Part shown: positions 43,176 to 52,979 of the stretch, in pieces
Numbering within the stretch: position 1 is the first letter of the stretch
Layout of the letters: each line of letters starts with the position of its first letter
NCBI GenBank assembly: GCA_963422645.2
Contig: CAXXVO010000006.1
Coordinates: 224,001 to 288,000, forward strand
DNA from: Alphaproteobacteria bacterium
GTDB lineage: Bacteria; Pseudomonadota; Alphaproteobacteria; UBA828
Reading direction: 5' to 3'
DNA: 64,000 nt
The notes under the pieces: model-generated
Told to the model about the DNA's origin: nothing
Databases searched by the model: none
The model's input: the letters and a program-made list of their open reading frames with translations, nothing else
Position numbers and translations under genes: made by a program

Positions 43176-43514
43176 ATGACCACATCCGACGCGACAGTCG
43201 AACGCGGCGGCGGCAACGTCTTCGCCGACCTCGGCCTTCCCGAGGCCGACACGCACCTGCTGAAGGCGGAACTGGTCGGCCGCATCGACGCCATCCTCCG
43301 CCAGCGCGACATCACCCAGACCGAGGCCGCACGCCTGCTGGGCCTGTCCCAGCCGGACGTGTCGCGGCTCCTGCGCGGCGATTTCCGCGAATATTCGCTG
43401 GAGCGCCTGTTGCGCCTCCTGACGGCGCTCGGCCGCGATATCGACATCGTCATCCGGCAGCCCCGTTCGGATACCGCCGGCAGGCTGCGCGTCGCCGCCA
43501 CCGAAGCCATCTGA
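43176..43514 (+). CDS. XRE/HTH_37 (HigA-like) antitoxin
   Basis: GNVFADLG, TQTEAARLLGLSQPDVSRLLRG, YSLERL. Confidence 0.88.
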   Translation: MTTSDATVERGGGNVFADLGLPEADTHLLKAELVGRIDAILRQRDITQTEAARLLGLSQPDVSRLLRGDFREYSLERLLRLLTALGRDIDIVIRQPRSDTAGRLRVAATEAI

Positions 43515-44094
43515 ACCACCCGGGACCGCGGAGATCCTGCCGCGCGCCGCCTTCGCGCCTGCATCGCCAGCGACCGCCATGCGATCCACACGGGCCGGCT
43601 GAGCGCGACCGCACCGGCGGCGACCGCCGCCGGACCCGACAACCCCGCGAGCATCGACGCCGCCACCATGAAAGGGCCGAGTGCGATTCCCGGCGCCCGG
43701 ACGCCCCGCCGGTAACCGAGACGCCACAGCCTCCGGCAACCGAGCGCCAGCAGCCGGCCGCGTCGAACACCAACGATCCTGCCGCCATCGGCAGCATCGC
43801 CGCCTGCCCCGGACCCCGATCCGGGGGCACCAAGTCACCGACCTCGGGCAGGCCGTGTTCCGGCCCGAAGCGCACCGCCGCCTGTACCGGGCTCCGACCG
43901 GCAGCTACCACAGCGCCGGCGGCCAGAGCTCCCATCGTCCCACGGTTTCCCGTCTCCTCACGCCTCGCCCCGATGCGCGCGCCGCTTCCAGGCCCGTCCT
44001 GCCCTCGTGCATGCCGGGGTTGGAGGACAGCCCGGGGAGGGCGATGGCCGCAAGCGAGAGAGAGGCCTGCGGCCGCTACCGGGGAGGTTACGAC

Positions 44095-44622
44095 ATGACG
44101 ACGCTCATCTACGCCGGCATCGGCGCCCGCGCCACACCCGAACATGTGGTCGCCGACATGACCGTGATGGCGGAATGGCTGGCGCACGCCGGCTGGCATC
44201 TCGCGAGCGGCGGCGCGAAGGGGGCCGATACCGCGTTTGCCGGGGGCGCGCCGGCCGAAAAGCGGACACTGTATCTGCCGTGGCGCGGCTACAACGGGCA
44301 TGGCGGGCTGGACTGCCGGGTGCTGTCCCCGTCGGAACTGGAAGCCTGCATGAGCCTCGCCGCCCGTCTGCACCCCGCCTGGAACCGCTGCTCGCCCGCC
44401 GTGCGCAAGCTCCATGCGCGCAACGCCGCAGTCGTGCTCGGGCCCCGCCTCGACCGGCCCGTCCATGCCATCGTGTGCTGGTCTCCCGATGGCGAGATCG
44501 TGGGCGGAACCGGCATGGCGCTGCGCATCGCGGCCGAGCACGGCATTCCGGTGCTGAACCTCGGCGTCCTCTCTCCGCGCACGGCCTGCGAGCGCCTGCT
44601 GGCCATCCGCCGCGCGGCCTGA
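44095..44622 (+). CDS. SLOG/DprA-like Rossmann-fold protein
   Basis: YAGIGARATP, SGGAKGADTAF, LHARN, GGTGMA; RBS GGAGG. Confidence 0.75.
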   Translation: MTTLIYAGIGARATPEHVVADMTVMAEWLAHAGWHLASGGAKGADTAFAGGAPAEKRTLYLPWRGYNGHGGLDCRVLSPSELEACMSLAARLHPAWNRCSPAVRKLHARNAAVVLGPRLDRPVHAIVCWSPDGEIVGGTGMALRIAAEHGIPVLNLGVLSPRTACERLLAIRRAA

Positions 44623-44740
44623 CCCTCTCCGCAGTTCGAGTCAGAGCGGTGCGGAGTGCCGGGCGAACGCCCGGCTGCGAGAGAGGGAGACGGTCTCCCG
44701 CCGCTGCCGGATGCGGCAACCGGTACAGGAGACCCCAGCC

Positions 44741-44935
44741 ATGTTCTACACCGACCCCGACTTCCCCGTCACCGGCGAGCAGGCGCTTGCCGAACTCGGC
44801 ATCGACCCCCGCGCCATGCACGACGCCATCGAGGACGACCGCGCCCGGCGCTGTCCCGACCGGGACGCCGTGTACCCGGAGCGGCGCATCGCGGACCTCC
44901 ACGGCGAATCGCCCTTCCGCCACGCGGCGGAGTGA
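44741..44935 (+). CDS. Hypothetical 64-aa acidic protein
   Basis: RBS AGGAG, coding-like codon usage. Confidence 0.55.
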   Translation: MFYTDPDFPVTGEQALAELGIDPRAMHDAIEDDRARRCPDRDAVYPERRIADLHGESPFRHAAE

Positions 44936-45042
44936 GAGGAGGGCTTGAAGAGGGTGAACGGGAAGGGGCCGGGGAGTGAGTCCCCCGGTCCCCGACCGGT
45001 CGCAACCCATCGTCATCAACCAGCCTTGCAAGGAGAATCGCC

Positions 45043-45270
45043 ATGGCATTCGGACTGAACCGGGTGGAACTCATTGGCCGCCTCGGCGCCGACGTCACCG
45101 TCAATCACCTGACCAGCGGCGGGCGCGTCGCCAACCTGTCGGTCGCGACCGACGAGTCGTACATCAACAAGCAGACCGGCGAGCGGGTCGACAAGACCGA
45201 GTGGCACCGCATCGTCACCTTCCAGGACGGGCTCATCTCGATGTTCGAGAAACATCATGATCAAGGATAG
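45043..45270 (+). pseudogene. ssb: Single-stranded DNA-binding protein, truncated near 45256
   Basis: LNRVELIGRLGAD, VANLSVAT, TEWHRIV; the KG..V.V.G.L.TR half of the OB fold is missing. Confidence 0.85.
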
Positions 45271-45432
45271 ACAGGAATGCGTCCGACTTCGATGGAGACG
45301 ACATAAGTATCATTTTTTCATTGGATTATAGGGGAATCGGTTCGGAAGTTACGACACATGGGACGCGCTGCCGTGCGCGTCGGTTTCTTTTCCGGTGTTG
45401 ATAATCGTGTTGCCCGGTGCCATGCTCCCGGC

Positions 45433-46698
45433 ATGGAAAACCGACACTCTGGAAAACGCATCGCGAGGGTCAGGACCCACCTGACCAAGCGCACCGTCGA
45501 GGCGCTTGCCCCCGCCGACAAGTCCTGGATCGCCTGGGACGACAGGCTCACCGGCTTCGGCGTGCGGGTTCAGCCCTCGGGCACCAAGTCCTTCATCGTC
45601 AACTACCGTCTTGGCGACGGCGGGCGCAGGGCGCCCAACAAGCGCGTCGTCATCGGACGCTTCGGCCGCATGGCGCCCGACGAGGCGCGGAAGAAGGCCC
45701 AGGACCTGCTCGGGCGCGTCGCCCGGGGCGAGGATCCGGCCGGCGAGCGGGCCGAGGCGCGCGGCGTACCGACGCTGGCCGAGGCGTTCGAGACCTACAT
45801 GAAGGCCAATCCCAACCGGGCGGCCAACACCGTCCGGCTCTACCGCCAGAACCTGCGGGTCAATCTCGGCGACTGGCTGAAGCGCCCGCTCGACAGCATC
45901 ACCCGGCAGGACGTGGAGGACCGGTTCAATCTCGTCAACGCCAGGCACGGCTGGGCGGGGGCCAACCAGACGCTCTCGATGCTGCGTTCGATCTACCGCC
46001 GGCCCTGCGCCGACCACGAGAACCTGCGCAATCCCGTCGAACTGTGGCTGGCGGCCGGGGGCCGCTTCAACCGCATGCGGCGGCGGCGGATCTCGTCGCC
46101 GGCCGAGGTGTTGCCGCGCTGGCGCGCAGGCATCGAGGCGGTGGAGCTGGAACCGGCCATCCGAGACATCTTCCTGATCGGCCTCTACACCGGCATGCGC
46201 ATGGGCGAGGTCGTGTCGCTGCGCTGGGAGCGGTTGGACCTTGAACGGCGCATCCTCAGAGTCGAGGAGACCAAGACCGGGGAGCCGCTTGAGCTTCCGA
46301 TCACCCGGCAGCTCGCCGCGATCTTCGAGCGTCGCCGGGCGGAGGCCGACGAGCCGGACCTGGAGCCCGAGGGCTGGCTCTTTCCGGCCCCCAGGAAAGC
46401 CGCGTCGGGCCACGTCTCGCAGCTTTCGCAGTTCTATCCCGACATCACCAGGGCCGGCGGCACCCGCTTCTGGTTCCACGGCCTGCGCAACGCCTTCATC
46501 ACGGTGGCCGAGCGCGAGCTGATGCTGCCGCGCTCGCTGACCAAGCGGCTGGTCAATCATGCACGGCCAACCGACGTGACCGAGGGCTACGCGGCGGACT
46601 GGACGGTCGAGCAGCTCCGCGAGCCGGCGCAGCGGGTGGCGGATCGGATCGACGAGCTGACGAATGCGAAGGCCCACACAAACCGCGCGGCAGCATAG
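45433..46698 (+). CDS. Tyrosine recombinase/integrase with Arm-DNA-binding domain
   Basis: WDDRLTGFGVRV, TGMRMGE, TKTG, HGLR, VNH, TEGY catalytic set. Confidence 0.9.
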   Translation: MENRHSGKRIARVRTHLTKRTVEALAPADKSWIAWDDRLTGFGVRVQPSGTKSFIVNYRLGDGGRRAPNKRVVIGRFGRMAPDEARKKAQDLLGRVARGEDPAGERAEARGVPTLAEAFETYMKANPNRAANTVRLYRQNLRVNLGDWLKRPLDSITRQDVEDRFNLVNARHGWAGANQTLSMLRSIYRRPCADHENLRNPVELWLAAGGRFNRMRRRRISSPAEVLPRWRAGIEAVELEPAIRDIFLIGLYTGMRMGEVVSLRWERLDLERRILRVEETKTGEPLELPITRQLAAIFERRRAEADEPDLEPEGWLFPAPRKAASGHVSQLSQFYPDITRAGGTRFWFHGLRNAFITVAERELMLPRSLTKRLVNHARPTDVTEGYAADWTVEQLREPAQRVADRIDELTNAKAHTNRAAA

Positions 46699-46971
46699 AG
46701 CGATCACCACGGGCAGCGTGTGATTACGGTCGACTGGTCAACTTGAACTGTGAGGATGACATCATGCACCAACTGATGCACGATATACCAAAGCTCGACA
46801 ATGCAGCACTTGGTGGTAACGCCGAATCCGAGGACCATGACGCCATGATCCGCCCTGCCAAATCGCTGCGTCGTGGTTCGTTCGTCGCTCGATGCGCGAA
46901 TTTCTCGGACCGCAAGAACGCAATGGCACTACCCGGGTCGAAAGCCGCAGCGGTTCCCGGAGATGCGTAAG

Positions 46972-48708
46972 ATGGCCGAAGCCCTGAGCAACCTGTCGCC
47001 GCTGGCCAGCCAAGTCTCCTTGCCCGGTTTTTGCCCCGTGCAGGATGCACTCGGAAGCCTGTCGCAGGCTGGCACGGAAGCGCGAGGCGCGTTCTTCACG
47101 CGTCGGGAGGTTGTCGAGTTCATCCTCGACCTTGTAGGCTATACTGTTGATCGACCGCTATACGACCTGTCCCTTCTGGAACCGTCCTTCGGCGACGGCG
47201 ACTTCCTTCTCGTCGCTGTTGAGCGGCTTCTCAAAGCGTGGCGGCGTCGAAGAAAACCAGTTCCGGTACAGGATCTGGCGTCATGCATCCGTGCCGTCGA
47301 ACTCCATCGAAGCACTTTCGAATCGACCCGCACCAAGTTGCTTCAGCAGCTTTGTGAAGCGGGAATCGATTGCGAGGGCGCAACGGCGCTCGCAAGCCAA
47401 TGGCTTGTTCATAGCGATTATCTGCTGGTCGAATTGCCGTCCGAGTTTGCGTTCGTGGTCGGCAATCCGCCGTATGTTCGTCAGGAGCTCATTCCCGACG
47501 CGCTTGTTGCCGAATATCGGGCGCGATATACGACCGTCTTTGATCGGGCCGACCTCTACATTCCCTTCATAGAGCGTTCGGTGAAGCAGCTTTCGGCCAA
47601 GGGAAAGGTCGGCATCATATGCGCGGACAGGTGGGTCAAAAACCGCTATGGCGGGCCGTTGCGACAGCTCCTGTCGGAGCAATTTCATCTCCACGTCTAT
47701 GTGGATATGGTCGATACGCCCGCCTTCCATTCGGAGGTTATCGCTTATCCGGCAATATTCGTGATCGGGCGAGGGAAGGCTGCACTGACACGCGTCGCTC
47801 GCCGTCCCGAGATCAGCAGAGAGGCATTGACCTCGCTTGCCTGCCAACTTCTGGACCGCGAGAAGCCTGCATCGGGCGGGCCCGTAGCGGACCTTACCAG
47901 TATTGCCGATGGCGCACAGCCCTGGATACTGGAGTCCTCCGACCGGCTAGAAATCGTTCGGCGACTGGAACGGGACCTCCCCTGCATCGAGGAAGCGGGA
48001 TGCAGGGTTGGCATCGGGGTTGCCACGGGAGCGGACGGAGCGTTCATCGGTCGATATGACGAGCTCGATGTCGAAGACGATCGCAAGCTGCCGCTTGCGA
48101 CGACGCGCGACATCTTGTCGGGAGAAGTCCGGTGGCGAGGACTGGGGATCGTCAATCCGTTTGCCGAAGGAGGCGGACTTGTCGACCTCGCGCACTACCC
48201 ACGATTGAAGCGGTATCTGGAAGATAGAAGAGACGAGATCGCCAAGCGCCACGTTGCCCGGAAGACGCCTGCCAACTGGTACCGCACCATTGATCGCATC
48301 TATCCCGTGCTTGCCGCAACACCCAAGCTCCTGATTCCGGATATCAAGGGAGAAGCCCATGTCGTCTATGAGGAGGGTCGCCTGTATCCGCACCACAATC
48401 TGTATTTCGTGACTTCACGCGATTGGGACCTTCGTGCTCTTCGGGCCGTCCTGCTTTCCGGGATCGCCAAACTATTCATCGGCACCTATTCGACGCGAAT
48501 GCGGGGCGGCTATCTGCGGTTCCAGGCGCAGTATCTGCGGAGGATTCGCCTCCCCCGCTGGTCATGTGTCCCACGCGATACGGCGACCTCCCTTATCGAC
48601 GCCTCCACCTCGGGAGACGTTAACGCCTGCAATCAACTCGTCTTCGAGCTGTATAACCTGAATTCCGAAGAGCGTGCCGTCCTCAGCAGCCACGCTGCCG
48701 AACACTGA
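46972..48708 (+). CDS. Type II N6-adenine DNA methyltransferase, M.PaeR7I/M.XhoI-like (Eco57I family)
   Basis: [45 protein letters not shown]. Confidence 0.88.
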   Translation: MAEALSNLSPLASQVSLPGFCPVQDALGSLSQAGTEARGAFFTRREVVEFILDLVGYTVDRPLYDLSLLEPSFGDGDFLLVAVERLLKAWRRRRKPVPVQDLASCIRAVELHRSTFESTRTKLLQQLCEAGIDCEGATALASQWLVHSDYLLVELPSEFAFVVGNPPYVRQELIPDALVAEYRARYTTVFDRADLYIPFIERSVKQLSAKGKVGIICADRWVKNRYGGPLRQLLSEQFHLHVYVDMVDTPAFHSEVIAYPAIFVIGRGKAALTRVARRPEISREALTSLACQLLDREKPASGGPVADLTSIADGAQPWILESSDRLEIVRRLERDLPCIEEAGCRVGIGVATGADGAFIGRYDELDVEDDRKLPLATTRDILSGEVRWRGLGIVNPFAEGGGLVDLAHYPRLKRYLEDRRDEIAKRHVARKTPANWYRTIDRIYPVLAATPKLLIPDIKGEAHVVYEEGRLYPHHNLYFVTSRDWDLRALRAVLLSGIAKLFIGTYSTRMRGGYLRFQAQYLRRIRLPRWSCVPRDTATSLIDASTSGDVNACNQLVFELYNLNSEERAVLSSHAAEH

Positions 48709-48724
48709 CCGTGGGAGGAGCGGA

Positions 48725-49468
48725 GTGCCGATCGACTTGCTCGATTACGAACAGAGGGCTCGCGCGGCGGTGCAGGCCTTTTGGGCAACCCGTCAGACAG
48801 CGCGTCAAAGGCAAATCGAGTCCGGCAAGGCCGACCAGGGCGAACGCGCGGGCGTGACTGCCGGGAAAAACATGGACGGCTTCATCGGCCTTGTCGGTGA
48901 TCTGGTCAGGGCCAATGGACTTGCCCACGCGAACATCTACCGCAAACGGCGCGTCGTAACGCTGCCGGGCTTCTTTCGGCCCACAAAGCTTTGGGATGTC
49001 GTTGTTATCGATGGAGGCCGGCTGATCGCGGCACTGGAGTTCAAGAGCCAAGTTGGCCCGTCATTCGGCAACAACTTCAACAACCGGACGGAGGAGGCAA
49101 TCGGTTCGGCCTACGACCTTTGGACGGCCTATCGCGAAGGGGCCTTCGGCGAACAGCCCCGGCCGTTCGTCGGCTGGCTGATCCTGGTCGAGGATGCTGA
49201 AGGTTCCCGCAGGCCGATCGGCGACGCTTCTCCGCATTTCCCGATCTTCCGTGAATTCAGGGGTGCGTCCTACGCGGACCGTTACAATATCCTGTGCCGC
49301 AAGCTTGTGCAGGAACGGCTTTATTCGGCGGCGTCGGTGCTGATGTCACCACGTTCGGCTTCCGATGACGGCGCATTTACGGAGTTGAGCGAGCTGACCG
49401 GCTTGAGGACTTTCGTAGCGGGATTGGCCGGGCACGTCGCGACCGAAGGAGCTCGCGTCCGTCGATAG
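48725..49468 (+). CDS. PaeR7I/XhoI-family type II restriction endonuclease
   Basis: [46 protein letters not shown]; GTG start with RBS GGAGGAG. Confidence 0.88.
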   Translation: MPIDLLDYEQRARAAVQAFWATRQTARQRQIESGKADQGERAGVTAGKNMDGFIGLVGDLVRANGLAHANIYRKRRVVTLPGFFRPTKLWDVVVIDGGRLIAALEFKSQVGPSFGNNFNNRTEEAIGSAYDLWTAYREGAFGEQPRPFVGWLILVEDAEGSRRPIGDASPHFPIFREFRGASYADRYNILCRKLVQERLYSAASVLMSPRSASDDGAFTELSELTGLRTFVAGLAGHVATEGARVRR

Positions 49469-49529
49469 AGCGCTCGCTCGCTGTCCACGGCCCGAGAGTT
49501 CGGCGTCCTGAGCGGTACCAAAAAAGGCT

Positions 49530-50075
49530 TCAAGCGGTGCAGGCGAACAAACCGCCGCCCTTGTGCGCCGTTCGCCCGATGGCCAGCGGCCCGGTTTGCG
49601 CTGCCGTAAAGGCGAGCCGCAGCCGACCCGATAACCCACCGCGCGGCCCGCGCCGCGCCGCAAGGATTTCCACGGTCTGCAGCGCCGGCCAGCCGATACG
49701 GAAAGTTCGGCCTGGACATCGACCTTCAGCGCCTCTTCGTCAGTAAGCCGACGACGATGACGGGTGACGCAGTAGTCCGTGACGCTTTGCCAGACCCACG
49801 CCGAAGAAAATAGCGGCTCGGTGTCCGCATCGAGCATCGAAGGAACGAGAACCAATCGGCCCACTTTGCCCGCACGCAGCAATTCCGTGCCTTCCAACGC
49901 CTTCGCGGTATAACGGTGTTCGGCGGCGATGTCACGCCAGCGCACGCCGCCGAGCTGCAAATAGTTTGGCGCGATGTTGAGGATGCACCGTCTCGGAGGA
50001 TCCGTGACGACAGCGATATGGCGGTGTTAGCCACCGCCGACCGGATGGCCTCTATAGCCCGGTCCGATTGCTACC
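49530..50075 (-). pseudogene. csb2: C-terminal remnant of type I-G (I-U) Csb2 (Cas5/Cas6 fusion)
   Basis: HRHIAVVTD, LRAGKVGRL, WQSVTDYCVTRH, then after a frameshift near 49701 GRLRLAF...GPLAIGRTAHKGGGLF (Cas6 G-loop); internal TAA at 50027-50029. Confidence 0.72.
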
Positions 50076-50411
50076 GGCTGGAGCGACAGTTGCCGGGCGG
50101 GATTTGTCTCCCCTGAGGAATGGCGCATTTCCACGGCGCGCTGAACCCCTTCCTTCCCTCGCACGTTCGACCCGCGTCTCGTGACCATCGCCCGGTCGCC
50201 TCCGGAGCTGCGCAAATGTCTCCGATAGGCCTGTTCGGGAGATCGGCCATCACAGCGAACTTTCATCCTGTCGCCGTCGGCAAGTCCATCGCATCGCCCA
50301 TGCCCAGCCGTCTCCCGCATTCCCGGCCGCCCGGATCCTTGCGCGGAACCACCTTCTGCGCCGTGTCCCTCAGGAAACATCACGGCTGCGGATTGCGGCC
50401 GCTTCTCGATT

Positions 50412-50584
50412 CCTGATTACGTACGATCCTCATGTTCGAGGCGCCAGACCGGTGCGGAAACCGAATTTGGGCCACAGAGATGGTGTCGTGCAGCCCATTC
50501 GGACCGATTCGGCGGCCGTTGCGGGCTCCTCAGGGCGCAATCCCCGTGGTCGATCGAGCAAGATGAGCTTAGTGCGTAATCAGG
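50412..50584. mobile_element. 173-bp MITE with IS1595-type CCTGATT ends, inside a CRISPR repeat
   Basis: IR CCTGATTACG(T/C)AC, 20/25 over the longer alignment; TSD TCTCGATT at 50404-50411 and 50585-50592. Confidence 0.88.
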
Positions 50585-51440
50585 TCTCGATTTGCTACAG
50601 TAGAGACTGTGACCTTCCTTTCCCTTCTCTCGCTGCGGATTGCGGCCGCTTCTCGATTTGCTACAGTGCCGTGAGGTAGCGCACGTAGCCACAGCAGCTG
50701 CGGATTGCGGCCGCTTCTCGATTTGCTACAGTCGGGTCGAGAAAGACCATCCCCGTCGTCTCGCTGCGGATTGCGGCCGCTTCTCGATTTGCTACAGTCG
50801 CCAAGAAGGAGGATGTGACGATGGAAGCGCTGCGGATTGCGGCCGCTTCTCGATTTGCTACAGTGCACAGGTTGGCCTTGAAAACCCCACTCAAGCTGCG
50901 GATTGCGGCCGCTTCTCGATTTGCTACAGTACGGAACATCAAACACCATCGGAAATATTGGCTGCGGATTGCGGCCGCTTCTCGATTTGCTACAGTCAGC
51001 CTCCCCAAAGGACTCAACGTCGAATGGCTGCGGATTGCGGCCGCTTCTCGATTTGCTACAGTCATCCTCAATGCCTTCCGACAACCCGCCCCGCTGCGGA
51101 TTGCGGCCGCTTCTCGATTTGCTACAGTGGCTGACGATGTGGACTGTACGGGAGAAGTGCTGCGGATTGCGGCCGCTTCTCGATTTGCTACAGTGCGGAC
51201 CTGGTGGGGTATTGTGGTGCTGTCGCTGCGGATTGCGGCCGCTTCTCGATTTGCTACAGTCAATGAAGTTCCTGTGTAACTGCCCAGGTACCCCCTCTCT
51301 CTTATGGAACAAGCCAGTTCCTTTTGCGTCAACGCCCCCACGCCGCGGGGGTGCCTACTCTCTTGAGCGCGAGAGGATGATGAACGCCGCGTCGCGAACA
51401 AGATGAGAGGACAGCGATACTCAGGATGAGCCGGAGAAGT

Positions 51441-52979
51441 TCAGGAGCGCAGTATAGGGATCAGCTGCATCGGTTCCGGGTGCGCCAGGATTTGCAGGAT
51501 GTTCCAGCCTTGCTTTCGAGCGGTGACGATGACGCTGCGCATTCCGGCGAAGTTGCAGGCGCCTTGCAGGGAGCGGAAGCCGCCTGAGATCTTCTCATGC
51601 ACTTTGTTCATACGGATGTCACGCTCCGCCTCGTTATTCGTGAACGGCGTGCGCAGGTCGGTGAGGAAGCGCAGGCAGCCCTCCTTATGCTTTTGAAGGC
51701 GGCGCGCGAGGTTGTGGCCGATGCGGCGTTTCTTTCGCCCTCGCTTTGCGATCTGGAGCGGCGGTTGGGCCTCATGGAAGGCGATGGCTTCTTCGAGGAT
51801 ACGGTCCCATGCCCTTGAGATGCGGGCCACCAGGGAGGCGGGGACTTGACGGTCTTTCTCACGGGCGAAGCGGGCGGCCCTGCGCGCGCGCTGAAGCAGG
51901 CGGTGCATGCTCGCCGCCCATTCCTCCTTCTCGATGTCGATCAGGGCCTGGAGTTCGCGCAGGTGATGTGCGTTGCAGGCGCCGTGGCGGACGCCCTTGA
52001 TGGTGAAGTAGGGGGCGAAGTCGTCGTGGACGAGGATGCCTTTCAGGTTCTTTTCGACATCGCCGCGTCCCTCGCCGATGCGCAGGACGGTGAGCAACGG
52101 GGTGCACAGCACATGGAGCCAGCGGGTACGGGCGGCGATACGCAGGCCGGTCTCGTCGAGGTGCTTGACCGGCGCCTGCGTGCGGATCAGATCGGCGACA
52201 TGGTCGAGGAAGCCCTCGAAGCGCTGCGCTGTGCGCCGGCCCATGGCGGCGATCGTGGCAGTGGAGATGGACACCGCGAAGATGTCGCTCATGAGTTCGG
52301 CCAGACGCTTCTCGGGCACGAACTGGGCGTACAGCAGGTAACTCACCCAAGCGGTGATGCGAGGGCCGTACTGGACCGGGGCGGTGACGCCCGGCGGGAA
52401 GGCGGCTCGTGTCAGCGTGCCGCATGCGCCGCAGAGGCAGCGATGGGCGCGGTGTTCGGTGACCTCGAGAGGCTGCGGCTCGGGTACGTCGAAGACCTGC
52501 CGACAGGCGGGCGCGCCTTGCCGGTCGGCGTCCGAGAGCTCGACGCCACAGCCGGAACAGGTGGAGGGGTGGTGATCGACGACACGGTCCGGGCTGTCGC
52601 TCCGCGCGAGGGTGGTTCCCTTGTGGCCGGGCTGGCCGCCACTGGGCCCGCCGGACTTTCCGCGCTGGCTTTGGGTGCGCCTCTGGGCTCCGCTTTTCTT
52701 CTTGAGCCCGTCGCTGGCGGGGGGCTTGCTGCTTGTGGTGCTGTTGAGGGCCGCGCTGCGCTCGAGTTCGGCGATGCGCTCGCGCAGGGCCGCGTTCTCC
52801 TGCTCGAGTGCGGCATTTTCCCGGGCGAGCGCGGTGGCTGATCGCAGCAGCCCCTGCCCCCATTCCCGGACGGCAACGACGACAGTGGTTGCGAGGGATG
52901 ATGGCTCGAGAAGCTCCTTCAGGCAGCAGAAGGCCTCGTTACGGGCGGCGAGGTCTTCGTGCCAGTGCGACACCGTCAC
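51441..52979 (-). CDS. IS66 transposase TnpC (512 aa, GTG start)
   Basis: NSTTSSKPPASD, GGQPGHKG, CxxC motifs, HLDETG, VHDD, CNAHHLREL, TNNEAERDIR. Confidence 0.9.
   Translation of the reverse strand: MTVSHWHEDLAARNEAFCCLKELLEPSSLATTVVVAVREWGQGLLRSATALARENAALEQENAALRERIAELERSAALNSTTSSKPPASDGLKKKSGAQRRTQSQRGKSGGPSGGQPGHKGTTLARSDSPDRVVDHHPSTCSGCGVELSDADRQGAPACRQVFDVPEPQPLEVTEHRAHRCLCGACGTLTRAAFPPGVTAPVQYGPRITAWVSYLLYAQFVPEKRLAELMSDIFAVSISTATIAAMGRRTAQRFEGFLDHVADLIRTQAPVKHLDETGLRIAARTRWLHVLCTPLLTVLRIGEGRGDVEKNLKGILVHDDFAPYFTIKGVRHGACNAHHLRELQALIDIEKEEWAASMHRLLQRARRAARFAREKDRQVPASLVARISRAWDRILEEAIAFHEAQPPLQIAKRGRKKRRIGHNLARRLQKHKEGCLRFLTDLRTPFTNNEAERDIRMNKVHEKISGGFRSLQGACNFAGMRSVIVTARKQGWNILQILAHPEPMQLIPILRS

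Noticed and set aside
43515-44094. N-terminal extension of ORF 43681..44622
   Set aside because: Arg/Pro-rich non-coding-like translation over a hairpin-rich region; the RBS supports ATG 44095.
45249-50382. 9-bp direct repeat GAAACATCA at the ssb break (45249) and next to the array (50374) as possible attL/attR
   Set aside because: Short, also present at about 11490, and excision would not restore ssb.
50312-50384. Possible extra degenerate repeat plus spacer left of the array
   Set aside because: Only CGGCCGC and scattered bases match, and spacing is off the 66-bp period.
50569-51406. ORFs with periodic peptides (CSKSRSGRNPQ, TVANREAAAIRS)
   Set aside because: Translations of the 66-bp CRISPR period, not repeat proteins.
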